From Deltaproteobacteria bacterium (lineage in GTDB: Bacteria; Myxococcota_A; UBA9160; SMWR01): a DNA stretch of 58,332 nt. The stretch is from positions 1 to 58,332 of the forward strand of contig JAQBHB010000034.1 of assembly GCA_032128115.1 (NCBI GenBank), in the 5' to 3' direction. Shown one piece after another: positions 1 to 9,994 of this stretch; positions within the stretch are counted from its first letter, which is position 1, and every line of letters begins with the position of its first letter. Below the pieces are notes generated by a model. The model was not told the origin of the DNA. It saw only the letters and a list, made by a program, of their open reading frames with translations, and ran no database searches. Both the position numbers and the translations under genes were made by a program.

Positions 1-2
1 CA

Positions 3-320
3 GGGCTCGCGGACCTCGACGCGGGCGACGGCCGTGTGCGTTCGCGGCTCGAGGGCCTGCAGCGTGCGGGCGATGCGGCCGAGCGCCGCCGGGCCGGCGC
101 CGCCCTGCGTCTGGAGCTGCTGCGCCAGGCCGAGGCGATCCTCGTGCAGGAGTTGCCCATCCTTCCCATCTACTTCTATGTGGTGAGCGGGCTGGTGAAT
201 CCGCAGGTGGAGGGTTTCTACAGCGAGCTTTCGCTGCCCGATGGCAGTCGCATCCCCAACCTCCAGGATCTTCACCCGCTGCGGGCGATCCGCATGGCCC
301 GGGGCGAGGAGGCCCGGTGA
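3..320 (+). CDS. Peptide ABC transporter substrate-binding protein, C-terminal part (5'-partial)
   Basis: Ends with ...QAEAILVQELPILPIYFY..., typical of family-5 SBP C-termini; stop overlaps the permease start (GTGA 317-320). Confidence 0.75.
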   Translation, partial: GLADLDAGDGRVRSRLEGLQRAGDAAERRRAGAALRLELLRQAEAILVQELPILPIYFYVVSGLVNPQVEGFYSELSLPDGSRIPNLQDLHPLRAIRMARGEEAR

Positions 321-1444
321 GCGGCATCGAGATCGCCTCGCTGGTCGCTGGCCTGCTGGGGGTGGGCGCCACCGCGTGGCTTTCGGGGCGGGCCGCGCGG
401 ATCGTGGGCGCCCTGTGTCTCGCAGCCCTGGTGTTCGGTCTGACGCGCGCGCTGCTGGGACTCGCGGGCGCCGGTGGCCTGGCCGCTGGGTTGTGTGCGT
501 TGGCCGTCTGGCGCTTTCCCGGGCTGGTGCTGCGCCGCGTGGCCTTCGCCGTGCCCTCGCTGGTGCTGCTGATCTACGCCACCACGCTTCTCATGTACAA
601 GGCGCCGGGCAATCCCTTCGCCGGTGAGCGCGCGGCCACTCCGGCGGTGGAGCAGGCATTGCGCGCCCACTATGGCGTTCCCGAGAGCGCGACGGAGTTC
701 TTCGCCATCTACCTGCGCCGCCTGGTGATGGAGGGCTCGCTCGGCCCCTCCATCAAGGTGCAGGGCCGCACGGTGGAAGAGCTGCTGCTGCCGGCCCTGC
801 CGGTGAGCATGGCGCTCGGCCTCCTGGCCCTGACCCTGGCCTGCGCCCTGGGCATCGGGCTCGGCGTGCTCGCGGGCCTGCGGCCCAACTCGGCCGTCGA
901 CCATGGCAGCATGGCGCTCGCCCTGATCGGGATCTCGCTTCCCAATTTCGTGATCGGCGCGGTCCTGCTCATCGTCTTCGCCCTGGGTCTCGGTTGGCTG
1001 CCCGTGGCGGGCTGGGGGGGGTACCCGCACGTGGTGCTGCCCGCCGTGACCCTGGCGCTGCCCTACGCGGCCTACATCGCGCGTCTGGCCCGGAGCGGAA
1101 CCCTCGAAGTGATGCAGGAGGACTTCATTCGCACGGCGCGCGCCAAGGGCCTGTCGGAACCCGCCGTGGTGCTGCGCCACGCCCTGAAGGGCGCCCTGCT
1201 GCCCGTGGTGTCGTTCCTGGGACCCGCCGCCGCGGGCATCCTCACCGGCTCCTTCGTGGTGGAGGTGCTGTTCGGCGTGCCGGGCATGGGGCAGTGGTTC
1301 GTGAAGGGCGCCATCAATCGCGACTACTCGGTCGTGCTGGGAACCGCGATCGTCTACTTCACGCTGGTCACCGCCTTCAACCTGTTCGTCGACCTGGCCT
1401 ACGCGTGGCTCGACCCGCGCGTGCGGGACGCGGAGGCCCGGTGA
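317..1444 (+). CDS. oppB: Oligopeptide ABC transporter permease (OppB/DppB-like)
   Basis: APGNPF, DFIRTARAKGL (EAA loop), LRHALKGALLPVV, INRDYSVVLG, LDPRVR. Confidence 0.9.
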   Translation: MSGIEIASLVAGLLGVGATAWLSGRAARIVGALCLAALVFGLTRALLGLAGAGGLAAGLCALAVWRFPGLVLRRVAFAVPSLVLLIYATTLLMYKAPGNPFAGERAATPAVEQALRAHYGVPESATEFFAIYLRRLVMEGSLGPSIKVQGRTVEELLLPALPVSMALGLLALTLACALGIGLGVLAGLRPNSAVDHGSMALALIGISLPNFVIGAVLLIVFALGLGWLPVAGWGGYPHVVLPAVTLALPYAAYIARLARSGTLEVMQEDFIRTARAKGLSEPAVVLRHALKGALLPVVSFLGPAAAGILTGSFVVEVLFGVPGMGQWFVKGAINRDYSVVLGTAIVYFTLVTAFNLFVDLAYAWLDPRVRDAEAR

Positions 1445-1500
1445 GCGCGCCTGCCGCCAATGGCTGGGCCCGGTGAGCGCGCCTGCCGCCAATGGCTGGG
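1435..1500 (+). repeat. 32-bp tandem duplication of the oppB-stop/oppC-start junction
   Basis: GTGAGCGCGCCTGCCGCCAATGGCTGGG occurs at 1441 and 1473. Confidence 0.95.
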
Positions 1501-2327
1501 TCCGGTTGCGGCGCAACCGGGCCGCCCTGGCGGGGGCCGCGGTGCTCGCCGCCATCACGGGCCTGTGTTTTGTCGCACCGCTGCTGTTCGGCCTGGATCC
1601 CCACACCACGGACCCGGCGGCGCGCCACCTGGGACCCTCCGGCGCCCACTGGTTTGGCACCGACGCTCTCGGGCGCGACTACCTGTCGCGCTGCCTGGTG
1701 GGAGGGCGCACGTCCCTGCTGGTGGGCCTCGCGGCCACCGTCACGTCGGTGCTGGTGGGTGTGGTGTGGGGCGCGGTGGCGGGCTACAGCGGCGGGCGTG
1801 TGGACGAGGTCATGATGCGCTTCGTCGATTTCTTCTACGGCATCCCGTACATGTTCCTGGTCATCCTGATCATGCTGCTGTTCTCCGAGACCGCGCGCGG
1901 CGAGCCGCTGCCGGTCTTCCTGGCCCTGGGCCTGGTGCAGTGGCTCACCATGGCGCGCATCGTTCGGGGTCAGGTGCTGACACTTCGCGAGCGCGAGTTC
2001 GTGCAGGCGGCGATCGTGTCCGGCGCCGGCCCGGTTCACATCATCGTGCGCCACATCCTTCCGAACGTGGTGAACGTGGTGGTGGTCTACGCCACGCTCA
2101 CGGTGCCCGCGGTGATCATCCTGGAGTCGTTCCTGTCGTTCCTCGGGCTCGGCGTGAAGCTTTCCTGGGGACAGCTGGTGGCCGAGGGTGTCGCCGTGGT
2201 GAACCCGATCCAGTCCTACTGGTGGCTGCTGTTCTGGCCCAGCCTGTTGTTGGGAGCGACGCTGCTCTGCCTCAACTTTCTTGGCGACGGCTTGCGCGAT
2301 GCCCTGGATCCCCGGACCCGCACGTGA
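1473..2327 (+). CDS. oppC: Oligopeptide ABC transporter permease (OppC/DppC-like)
   Basis: HWFGTDALGRD, REFVQAA, RHILPN, ESFLSFLGLG, GDGLRDALDPR. Confidence 0.9.
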   Translation: MSAPAANGWVRLRRNRAALAGAAVLAAITGLCFVAPLLFGLDPHTTDPAARHLGPSGAHWFGTDALGRDYLSRCLVGGRTSLLVGLAATVTSVLVGVVWGAVAGYSGGRVDEVMMRFVDFFYGIPYMFLVILIMLLFSETARGEPLPVFLALGLVQWLTMARIVRGQVLTLREREFVQAAIVSGAGPVHIIVRHILPNVVNVVVVYATLTVPAVIILESFLSFLGLGVKLSWGQLVAEGVAVVNPIQSYWWLLFWPSLLLGATLLCLNFLGDGLRDALDPRTRT

Positions 2328-3328
2328 ATCGCGACGATGCGCTGCTGGAAATCGACGACCTGCACACCCATTTCGTCGGAGAGGGCGAGCCGGTGCGCGC
2401 GGTGGACGGCGTGTCGCTGCGCGTGGCCCGTGGGGCCATCACCGGGCTCGTGGGCGAGTCGGGCTCGGGCAAGAGCGTGTTGTCGCTGTCGGTGCTTGGC
2501 CTCGTGCCGCCGCCCACCGGGCGCATCGTATCGGGTCGCATCCGTCTCGGGGGACGCGACCTCACGTCGCTCTCCCAGAAGGAGCTGCGCCACGTGCGCG
2601 GCAATCGGGTGGCCATGATCTTCCAGGATCCCATGACGAGCCTGAACCCCTACCTGCGTATCGAGGAGCAGCTGGGCGAGGTGGCGCGCCTGCACCTGGG
2701 GCTGTCGCGGGCCGCGGCCCGCGATCGCGCCGTCGAGATGCTCGATCGGGTCGGCATTCCCGATCCGGCCCAACGCATCCGCGCCCACCCCCACGAACTC
2801 TCCGGCGGCATGCGTCAACGCGCGATGATCGCCATGGCCCTGCTGTGCGAGCCCGAGCTGCTGATCGCCGACGAGCCCACCACCGCGCTCGACGTCACCA
2901 TCCAGGCCCAGATCCTGGAGCTGCTCGCGGGTCTTCGCGACGAGCGCGGGATGTCGATCCTGCTCATCACCCACGACCTGGCCGTGGTGTCCGCCGTCTG
3001 CGAGAACGTCTACGTGATGTACGCCGGCCGTATCCTGGAGCAGGGACCCACCCGTGAGGTGTTCAAGACGCCCGCGCATCCCTACACGTTGGCGTTGCTG
3101 CGCAGCGTGCCGCGGGTGGATCGGCGCGCCGGCGTGGCGAGCGGCAGCCACCTGCTGAAGAGCATCGAGGGCCTGCCGCCGCGCCTGGACGCGGGGCCGT
3201 TCCAGGCCTGCCGCTTCGCTCCCCGCTGCGACCTGGTGCGCGACGCCTGCACGCGCGCGGAGCCGACGCTCGAGCTGCGCGAGGGGCGCGGGCGCCGCTG
3301 CGTGGCGGAGCCGGACGAACTTCGATGA
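2324..3328 (+). CDS. oppD: Oligopeptide ABC transporter ATP-binding protein
   Basis: GESGSGKS Walker [36 protein letters not shown] start overlaps the oppC stop. Confidence 0.9.
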   Translation: MNRDDALLEIDDLHTHFVGEGEPVRAVDGVSLRVARGAITGLVGESGSGKSVLSLSVLGLVPPPTGRIVSGRIRLGGRDLTSLSQKELRHVRGNRVAMIFQDPMTSLNPYLRIEEQLGEVARLHLGLSRAAARDRAVEMLDRVGIPDPAQRIRAHPHELSGGMRQRAMIAMALLCEPELLIADEPTTALDVTIQAQILELLAGLRDERGMSILLITHDLAVVSAVCENVYVMYAGRILEQGPTREVFKTPAHPYTLALLRSVPRVDRRAGVASGSHLLKSIEGLPPRLDAGPFQACRFAPRCDLVRDACTRAEPTLELREGRGRRCVAEPDELR

Positions 3329-4296
3329 GCGCTGCCACGCCGCCCGAACCGCTGCTCGTGATTCGCGACCTGCAGGTGCGCTTCCCGAGTCCGGCCGGAC
3401 CGGTGCGCGCCGTGGACGGCGTCGATCTCGCGATCCGCCCCGGCGAAACCCTGGCACTGGTGGGCGAGTCGGGCTGTGGCAAGTCGTCGCTGGCACGTGC
3501 CGTCACGGGTCTGGTGCCTGTGGCCGCCGGCTCGATCCAACTGGCTGGCGAAGAGCTGGTGGGGCGCTCGCGACGCAGCCTGCGGCCCCTCCGGCGCCGG
3601 ATGCAGATGGTGTTCCAGGATCCCTACGCGAGCCTGGATCCGCGCATGGACGCCACGGCCCTGATCGGCGAGCCGCTGGTGGTGCAGGGCGGCGTCAGCC
3701 GCGCCGTGCGCGAGCAGAGGGTTGCGGAGTTGCTGCGGCGCGTGGGCCTCGATCCGTCGCTTCGGCACCGCTATCCCCACGAGTTCTCCGGGGGGCAGCG
3801 CCAGCGCATCTGCATCGCACGGGCGTTGGCCGTGGAACCGGAACTGGTGATCTGCGACGAGGCGACCTCGGCACTCGACGTCTCGATCCAGGCCCAGATC
3901 CTGAACCTGTTGAACGAGCTGCGGCGGGATCTGGGTCTCGCGTATCTGTTCATCAGCCACGATCTGGGGGTGGTGCGCTATCTGGCCGACCGGGTGGCCG
4001 TGATGTATCTGGGACAGATCGTGGAAGAGGGCACCACCGAACGCATCTTCGCCGACCCCCAGCACCCCTATACCCAGGGGCTGCTGGCCGCCGTTCCGCT
4101 GCTGGATCCGGAGCGGGCCGGCGTGACCGCGCCGGTGCGCGGCGACGTGCCCTCGCCGGCAAACCCGCCCCCGGGCTGCCGCTTCCACACCCGTTGTCCC
4201 CAGGTCTTCGAGCGCTGCGCGCGCGAGGCGCCGGGTTTCGCCGCGTTGCGCGACGGACGCAGTCGCTGTTTTTTGTCTGGGAACGAGCAGCCGTAG
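3325..4296 (+). CDS. oppF: Oligopeptide ABC transporter ATP-binding protein
   Basis: GESGCGKS, FQDPYASLDP, FSGGQRQR, HPYT, PPGCRFHTRCP. Confidence 0.9.
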   Translation: MSAATPPEPLLVIRDLQVRFPSPAGPVRAVDGVDLAIRPGETLALVGESGCGKSSLARAVTGLVPVAAGSIQLAGEELVGRSRRSLRPLRRRMQMVFQDPYASLDPRMDATALIGEPLVVQGGVSRAVREQRVAELLRRVGLDPSLRHRYPHEFSGGQRQRICIARALAVEPELVICDEATSALDVSIQAQILNLLNELRRDLGLAYLFISHDLGVVRYLADRVAVMYLGQIVEEGTTERIFADPQHPYTQGLLAAVPLLDPERAGVTAPVRGDVPSPANPPPGCRFHTRCPQVFERCAREAPGFAALRDGRSRCFLSGNEQP

Positions 4297-4299
4297 CGG

Positions 4300-5058
4300 C
4301 TAGCGCAGGCCCGCCGCACGCAGAGGGTCGATCTCGTTGAAGTTCTGGAGGGACCAGATGTTCTCGCCCTCGCCGATGGCCCGCGCCTGCACCACCGAGT
4401 ACGACGCCAGCTCGCTTTCGAAGCGCATCCATTCCCAGGGAACCGGGCGCACGTCCAACAAGTGGGCCAACAGCACCGAGTTGGTGCCGCCGTGGGCCAC
4501 CACCGCGATGGAGAGGGGCTCCGGCGGCACGCGCCAGCACGTGAAGTCGTAGGCCGGCGCCGAGTCGATGGCGTGACGGGCCAGCAGGTCCGCCAGGGCG
4601 TCGGTCACCCGACGGTGAAAGTCCGTGAAGCTCTCGCCGGCGGGCCAGCCGTCCCAGTGATCCTTGAGGGGTCGCTTCATGGCCTCGACGAAGTAACGGT
4701 CCACTTCTTCCTGGCTCATGCCCACCACTCCGGGATCGATCTCGGCCAGACCGTCGATCGTCACGACGGGAGCGCCGGTGGCCTCGGACAGGGGATCGGC
4801 GGTTTCCTGGGCCCGGCGAAGGGGACTCGCATAGATAGCGTCCACGCCGGCGCGGGCGATCTCCGCCGCCGCGGCGCGGGCCTGGGCCGCGCCGTAGGGC
4901 GTGAGTCCCGGGTTCGCGACGGATCTTCCCTCCGGCGCCCAATCGGGCTCGCCGTGGCGGAGAAGCGTCATCACCACGTGGGATTGCTCGCGGCGTTTGC
5001 GTTCGTTGTCCGCGGGGCCGCCGGGTTCGGGTCGAACGGGGCTCTCGGATGAGGGCAT
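4300..5058 (-). CDS. Histidine phosphatase (phosphoglycerate mutase-like) family protein
   Basis: LLRHGE, ASPLRRAQETA, VAHGG motifs; start uncertain (ATG 5058 chosen). Confidence 0.85.
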   Translation of the reverse strand: MPSSESPVRPEPGGPADNERKRREQSHVVMTLLRHGEPDWAPEGRSVANPGLTPYGAAQARAAAAEIARAGVDAIYASPLRRAQETADPLSEATGAPVVTIDGLAEIDPGVVGMSQEEVDRYFVEAMKRPLKDHWDGWPAGESFTDFHRRVTDALADLLARHAIDSAPAYDFTCWRVPPEPLSIAVVAHGGTNSVLLAHLLDVRPVPWEWMRFESELASYSVVQARAIGEGENIWSLQNFNEIDPLRAAGLR

Positions 5059-5107
5059 GGGCGCGGATGCTAACGGTCCGATCCGCAACGCGCCCGCCAG
5101 TTCGGGT

Positions 5108-5797
5108 ATGCTCGGACGCGTGCGCGGCAGTCGCCCCCTCCTGGTCGTTGCGGTCGTGGCGGTGGCCATCGTCGCCGGGCGCTGCGCGCGCGACGCAATC
5201 GGCGTCGAGTTCTCGTCCGAGTCGATCCAGGCCTGGGTCGAGAGCCTGGGCTGGAAGGGCCCGGCCAGCTACGTGGCGCTGGTCGCCTTTCGCCGTTTCC
5301 TGCTGCTGCCATCGATGCTCGTGCTTTCGGCGGGCGGCGTGGTCTTTGGCGCCGGACTCGGTTCAATACTGGGAGCGATCGGGGTCACGGCAACTGGCCT
5401 GGCCGAGTTCGGCATCGTGCGCGGCCTGCGGCCCGAGTCGCTGCTGACGCGGCTGGGCGAGCCGGTGCGGCGCTTCTCACAGATCATCGAGAAGGCCGGC
5501 GCCTGGGTGGTTGTGGTGGCCACGGGCCATCCCGCGAGTCCCATGTCGGTCTTCCACTGGGGAGCGGGGCTCACGACCATGCCGGTTCTCACGTTCGCCG
5601 CCGCGCTCGCCATCGGCGCCCTGCTGCGGGCCTTCGCGTATGCCTTCTTCGGCTCGACCCTGCTGAGTCCCGGCTCTCCCCGCTTCTACGTCGCGGCCCT
5701 GGTGCTGCTGCTGGCCTTCGTGGTTCCACTGGCGCATCCCGCGGTTCGCCGCCGCCTGCTGGAAGCGAGCGTTTCTTCGGGCACGACCGGCACCTGA
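5108..5797 (+). CDS. TVP38/TMEM64 (VTT/DedA-like) membrane protein
   Basis: WVESLGWKGP...LLPSMLVLSAGGVVFG...G pattern and several hydrophobic segments; start uncertain. Confidence 0.75.
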   Translation: MLGRVRGSRPLLVVAVVAVAIVAGRCARDAIGVEFSSESIQAWVESLGWKGPASYVALVAFRRFLLLPSMLVLSAGGVVFGAGLGSILGAIGVTATGLAEFGIVRGLRPESLLTRLGEPVRRFSQIIEKAGAWVVVVATGHPASPMSVFHWGAGLTTMPVLTFAAALAIGALLRAFAYAFFGSTLLSPGSPRFYVAALVLLLAFVVPLAHPAVRRRLLEASVSSGTTGT

Positions 5798-5899
5798 GGC
5801 TCCGTCCTGGAAGAGCCGCGTGAGATGCACCGCCCGGAAGACGCGATCCGCGTGGAGAGCATGGCGCCCGCCGCCGGACTCGTGCGCTACGGTCTTGCC

Positions 5900-6337
5900 A
5901 TGCAAGAAGTCGAAGTCGAGCGTCACTTTGCAGCCCCGGTGCAGGCCGTGTGGAACGTCTACACGGACCACGCGGGCTGGAGCGCCTGGGCGGGCTTCCA
6001 GGAGTCGTGGCTGGAGATTCCGGGCGAAACGGATCGCAACGGATCCGGCGCCGTGCGCGGATTCGGGGCGAACGGAATCAAGGTCTTCGAAGAAGTGATC
6101 GACTTCGACCCGCCCAAGCGAATGACCTATCGGGTGGTTCGCGGCGGGCTGCCCATGAAGAACCATCTGGGCGAGGTGGTATTCGAGCCGGACCGCGACG
6201 GCACGCGGATCATCTGGCGCTGCCGCTTCGACTCGAAGCTGCCGGGCCTGGGGCCCTTGATGCGCGTCGTGGTCCGGCGCGTGTTTCGCGGCGCCCTCGA
6301 AGGCCTCGCCCGCCACTCCTTTCCCGACGCCCGTTAG
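5900..6337 (+). CDS. SRPBCC (polyketide cyclase/START-like) family protein
   Basis: VERHFAAPVQAVW, GSGAVR, EEVIDFDPPKRMTY, GTRIIW. Confidence 0.8.
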   Translation: MQEVEVERHFAAPVQAVWNVYTDHAGWSAWAGFQESWLEIPGETDRNGSGAVRGFGANGIKVFEEVIDFDPPKRMTYRVVRGGLPMKNHLGEVVFEPDRDGTRIIWRCRFDSKLPGLGPLMRVVVRRVFRGALEGLARHSFPDAR

Positions 6338-6397
6338 CGCGAACGGACTGCGCTCACCCGTACGACCGTCGCCCCCGCTGGGCGCCCGGAGGCGGAT

Positions 6398-6793
6398 ATG
6401 AATCGGTTGGAAGAAGGCGATTCCCTCACGGTGGATTACGACAAGCTCGCGGCCATGGCCCAGACGGTGGTCCCCGTGGTCCTGCAGGATGCCGACTCGA
6501 ACGAGGTCCTCTACGTGGCATTCGCCAACGAAGAGGCCCTGCGCGAGACGTTCCGCACCGGCCAGGCCGTGCTTTGGTCCACGTCGCGGAACGAACTCTG
6601 GCACAAGGGTGCCACCTCGGGTGACTATCTCGACCTGGTGGACGTGCGCGTGAACTGCGAACAGAACTCGCTGCTCTACCGGGTGCGTCCCCGGAACCGG
6701 GGCGTCTGCCACACCCGCGACGCAGAGGGACGCACGCGCCCCACCTGCTACTACCGCCGCGTGGAAGACGAAAAGCGTCTGTCGTTCGTCTAG
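6398..6793 (+). CDS. hisI: Phosphoribosyl-AMP cyclohydrolase
   Basis: VPVVLQDA, WSTSRNELWHKGATSG, CHT...CYYR. Confidence 0.85.
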   Translation: MNRLEEGDSLTVDYDKLAAMAQTVVPVVLQDADSNEVLYVAFANEEALRETFRTGQAVLWSTSRNELWHKGATSGDYLDLVDVRVNCEQNSLLYRVRPRNRGVCHTRDAEGRTRPTCYYRRVEDEKRLSFV

Positions 6794-6950
6794 GTCCGAC
6801 CCGGAACCCACGTTCTCGTCGCGCCTGATGTCTCGGTAGGCGAATCGTGTCTTTTCCCCTACATCCCTGGGGATTTTCACACGATTCGCCCAACTACCCA
6901 TAAGGTCTGCGCCCCGAGACGACGATCGACAGCCCGGGAAGGCGTGTCCC

Positions 6951-7763
6951 ATGGCAAAAAGACTGGGCGAAATCCTACTGGGAGCGGGTGTCATCGACGC
7001 CCACCAGCTTCAGGCCGGCCTGAAGGCGCACAAGAAGGAGGGGCGGCCATTGGGGCTCACCCTGGTGCGCCTGGGCTACCTGGACGAGAAGACGCTCATC
7101 GAGACCCTCTCGAAGCAACTTTCCATGCCCATGGCGCGCCTGGGCGGCAAGAGCATCAGCACGGACGTCCTCCGGATCGTGCCCTTCGACCTGGCCGAGG
7201 AGCTGCGCTGCCTGCCCCTGTTCGTGAGACCCGAGCGCGGCAAGCGGATGCTCTACCTGGGCATGGAGGACCCCTCGCAAGAGGAAGCGATCAAGAGGGT
7301 GCAGGAGGTCTCGGGGCTGGCCGTGAAGCCGGTGCTCGTGGCTCCCAGCGACCTGGAGGATGCCTTCCACCGCCTCTACGACGTGATGTCCGGCGGCAAC
7401 GGCAACTCCCTGCCCCCGCTCGGCGGTAGATCGCGCGACGATGATGACGAATACGCAGGTGGCTCCAGCAGCGGGCTCACACTGGGGGACCTGGACGACG
7501 CCATCCCGCGAGACGACGCCCCGAAGCCCGGGCTCACCGACCTGCAGCGGACCTCGGGCCCGGTGTTTGCGCGCGAAGACGGCTCCCGGGATGCGAAACT
7601 CGCGTTCGTCGATCCGCCGCCGTCGCTGCAACCGGCCCGGACCCCCTCGGTAGACAACGACAACATCCTGCGGGCGCTGACCCAGCTCCTGGTGGAGAAG
7701 GGCGTGATCACCCGACAGGAACTGGTGGAGCGCCTCGGGGCCCTGGCCTCGGAATCCGACTGA
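6951..7763 (+). CDS. MshEN / type II secretion E N-terminal domain protein without ATPase
   Basis: RLGEILLGAGVIDAHQLQAGL and PLGLTLVRLGYL (MshEN motifs), LYLGMEDP, C-terminal LRALTQLLVEKGVITRQEL. Confidence 0.8.
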   Translation: MAKRLGEILLGAGVIDAHQLQAGLKAHKKEGRPLGLTLVRLGYLDEKTLIETLSKQLSMPMARLGGKSISTDVLRIVPFDLAEELRCLPLFVRPERGKRMLYLGMEDPSQEEAIKRVQEVSGLAVKPVLVAPSDLEDAFHRLYDVMSGGNGNSLPPLGGRSRDDDDEYAGGSSSGLTLGDLDDAIPRDDAPKPGLTDLQRTSGPVFAREDGSRDAKLAFVDPPPSLQPARTPSVDNDNILRALTQLLVEKGVITRQELVERLGALASESD

Positions 7764-7787
7764 ACCCAGCCTGCCCCCGGGCTCCAC

Positions 7788-7816
7788 TTGACACCTGATT
7801 CCGCCGAGGCGACCTT
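7788..7816 (+). promoter_or_regulatory. Putative sigma70-type promoter
   Basis: TTGACA (7788)-17 bp-GACCTT, upstream of a GGAGG SD and ATG 7847. Confidence 0.45.
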
Positions 7817-7846
7817 GCGCGCCCTTCGACGGTTGGAGGTCGATCA

Positions 7847-8152
7847 ATGCGTCTGGAATACGGATTCGAGCTTTCGGGCGTCGAGGTGCCGCGCTTCTCG
7901 GTCGAGGCCGTGGAGGGGATCGGCAAGCTCTTCACCCTGGCCACGCTCGTGCTCAACGTGCTCGAGACGAAGAGCCAGGTGGAGATCGTCTTTCACGGCC
8001 TGAATCCCGACGAACCCGGCTCCAAGATCGCCGCCTTCCAGGAGATCGTGAGCGGTTCCCAGAGCGGAGCCAACCTCCAGTACAAGCTGGGCAAAGGGGG
8101 CAAGGTTCGCGGCTCGTCCAGCTCCTACCAGTGGGTCACGATCACCGGATAG
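7847..8152 (+). CDS. Hypothetical protein
   Basis: GGAGG SD, GC3-rich codons, 101 aa, no recognised motif. Confidence 0.7.
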   Translation: MRLEYGFELSGVEVPRFSVEAVEGIGKLFTLATLVLNVLETKSQVEIVFHGLNPDEPGSKIAAFQEIVSGSQSGANLQYKLGKGGKVRGSSSSYQWVTITG

Positions 8153-8164
8153 TCGAGCTGGACC

Positions 8165-8437
8165 CTAGTCTGCCCCGCGGGAGCGTCGGGCCAGGACGGC
8201 GGCCGCCACGGCGGCTGCCGTGAAGCCGGCCAGGCTGCTCCAGTGCGCCGTTCGGGCCCCTACACATCCCAGCGGCGTGCAGTATTCGCGCTCCGGAGGC
8301 TCGGGGAGTCCCGGGCCGATGCCCCCAGCGATTTCGGGAACCGCAGCGGTTTCTGCGGGTTCAGAGGGCTTCGCCGGCGCCGGGAGCGCCCAGGTGAGGA
8401 TCGTGCAACCGATGGCGACGAGGAGTGGCCCACGCAT
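8165..8437 (-). CDS. Small secreted protein with possible C-terminal sorting signal
   Basis: Signal-like MRGPLLVAIGCTILTWALPAPA; C-terminal Cys pair, hydrophobic helix and basic tail. Confidence 0.55.
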   Translation of the reverse strand: MRGPLLVAIGCTILTWALPAPAKPSEPAETAAVPEIAGGIGPGLPEPPEREYCTPLGCVGARTAHWSSLAGFTAAAVAAAVLARRSRGAD

Positions 8438-8579
8438 CCAACCGAGGCTACTCCGCGGGTCCCGAACGGGCCATCGGGCTGTTGGCGCAAGCCGGGGCCG
8501 CCCCGTATATTCGCGCCCCGCGCCGTCCCCGGGCTCTCGCAGGATGTCTCGGACGATCGAGCGCGGTTCCGTATCGAAG

Positions 8580-9238
8580 ATGACCACATCGGCTCAAACC
8601 CAGACTGATTCGCCCGTCCGGCGCGACAAGCACAACCGCATCCTGGATGCGGCGGTCCGGGTGTTCGCCCGCATGGGCTACCACGGGGCCCGGATCTCCG
8701 ACATCGCCAAGGAGGCCGGGATCGCCTACGGCCTCGTCTATCACTACTTCAAGAACAAGGAAGAGATCCTCAATACGATCTTCGAGGATCGCTGGAGCGG
8801 TTTTGTCGAGGCGCTCCACGGCATCGGGGCGGGCGAGAACTCCACCGAGGACAAGCTGGTCTCCGTCGCGGCGCTGATCCTGGGCGCCCACCGTGTGCAC
8901 CCCGAGTGGGTGAAGGTCTTCGTGCTCGAGATCCTGCGCTCCTCGCGGTTCGCCGAGCCGGGCCAGATCCGGGCGGTCGGGGGATTGCTCCAGGCGGTGG
9001 CCGCGATCCTGCGCGCCGGCCAGGAGTCGGGTGAGATCCGGGGCGACCTGGATCCCGAGGTCGCCTGCTACCTGTTCATCGGGGGCCTCGAGGTCGTGAT
9101 CACGGGGCAGGTGCTCGGCGTCATCTCCATCGATGGGGCGCCGGAGCAGGAGAACGCCTACTACGTGAACGTGGCGCGCAACGTGGTCGAGATCTTCATG
9201 CGCGGGTGCTCGGCTGGGCCGACCCTGGAGGGCCGCCA

Positions 9239-9242
<4 letters not shown>
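8580..9242 (+). CDS. TetR/AcrR family transcriptional regulator
   Basis: RILDAAVRVFARMGYHGARISDIAKEAGIAYGLVYHYFKNKEEIL HTH. Confidence 0.92.
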
Positions 9243-9990
<748 letters not shown>

Positions 9991-9994
<4 letters not shown>

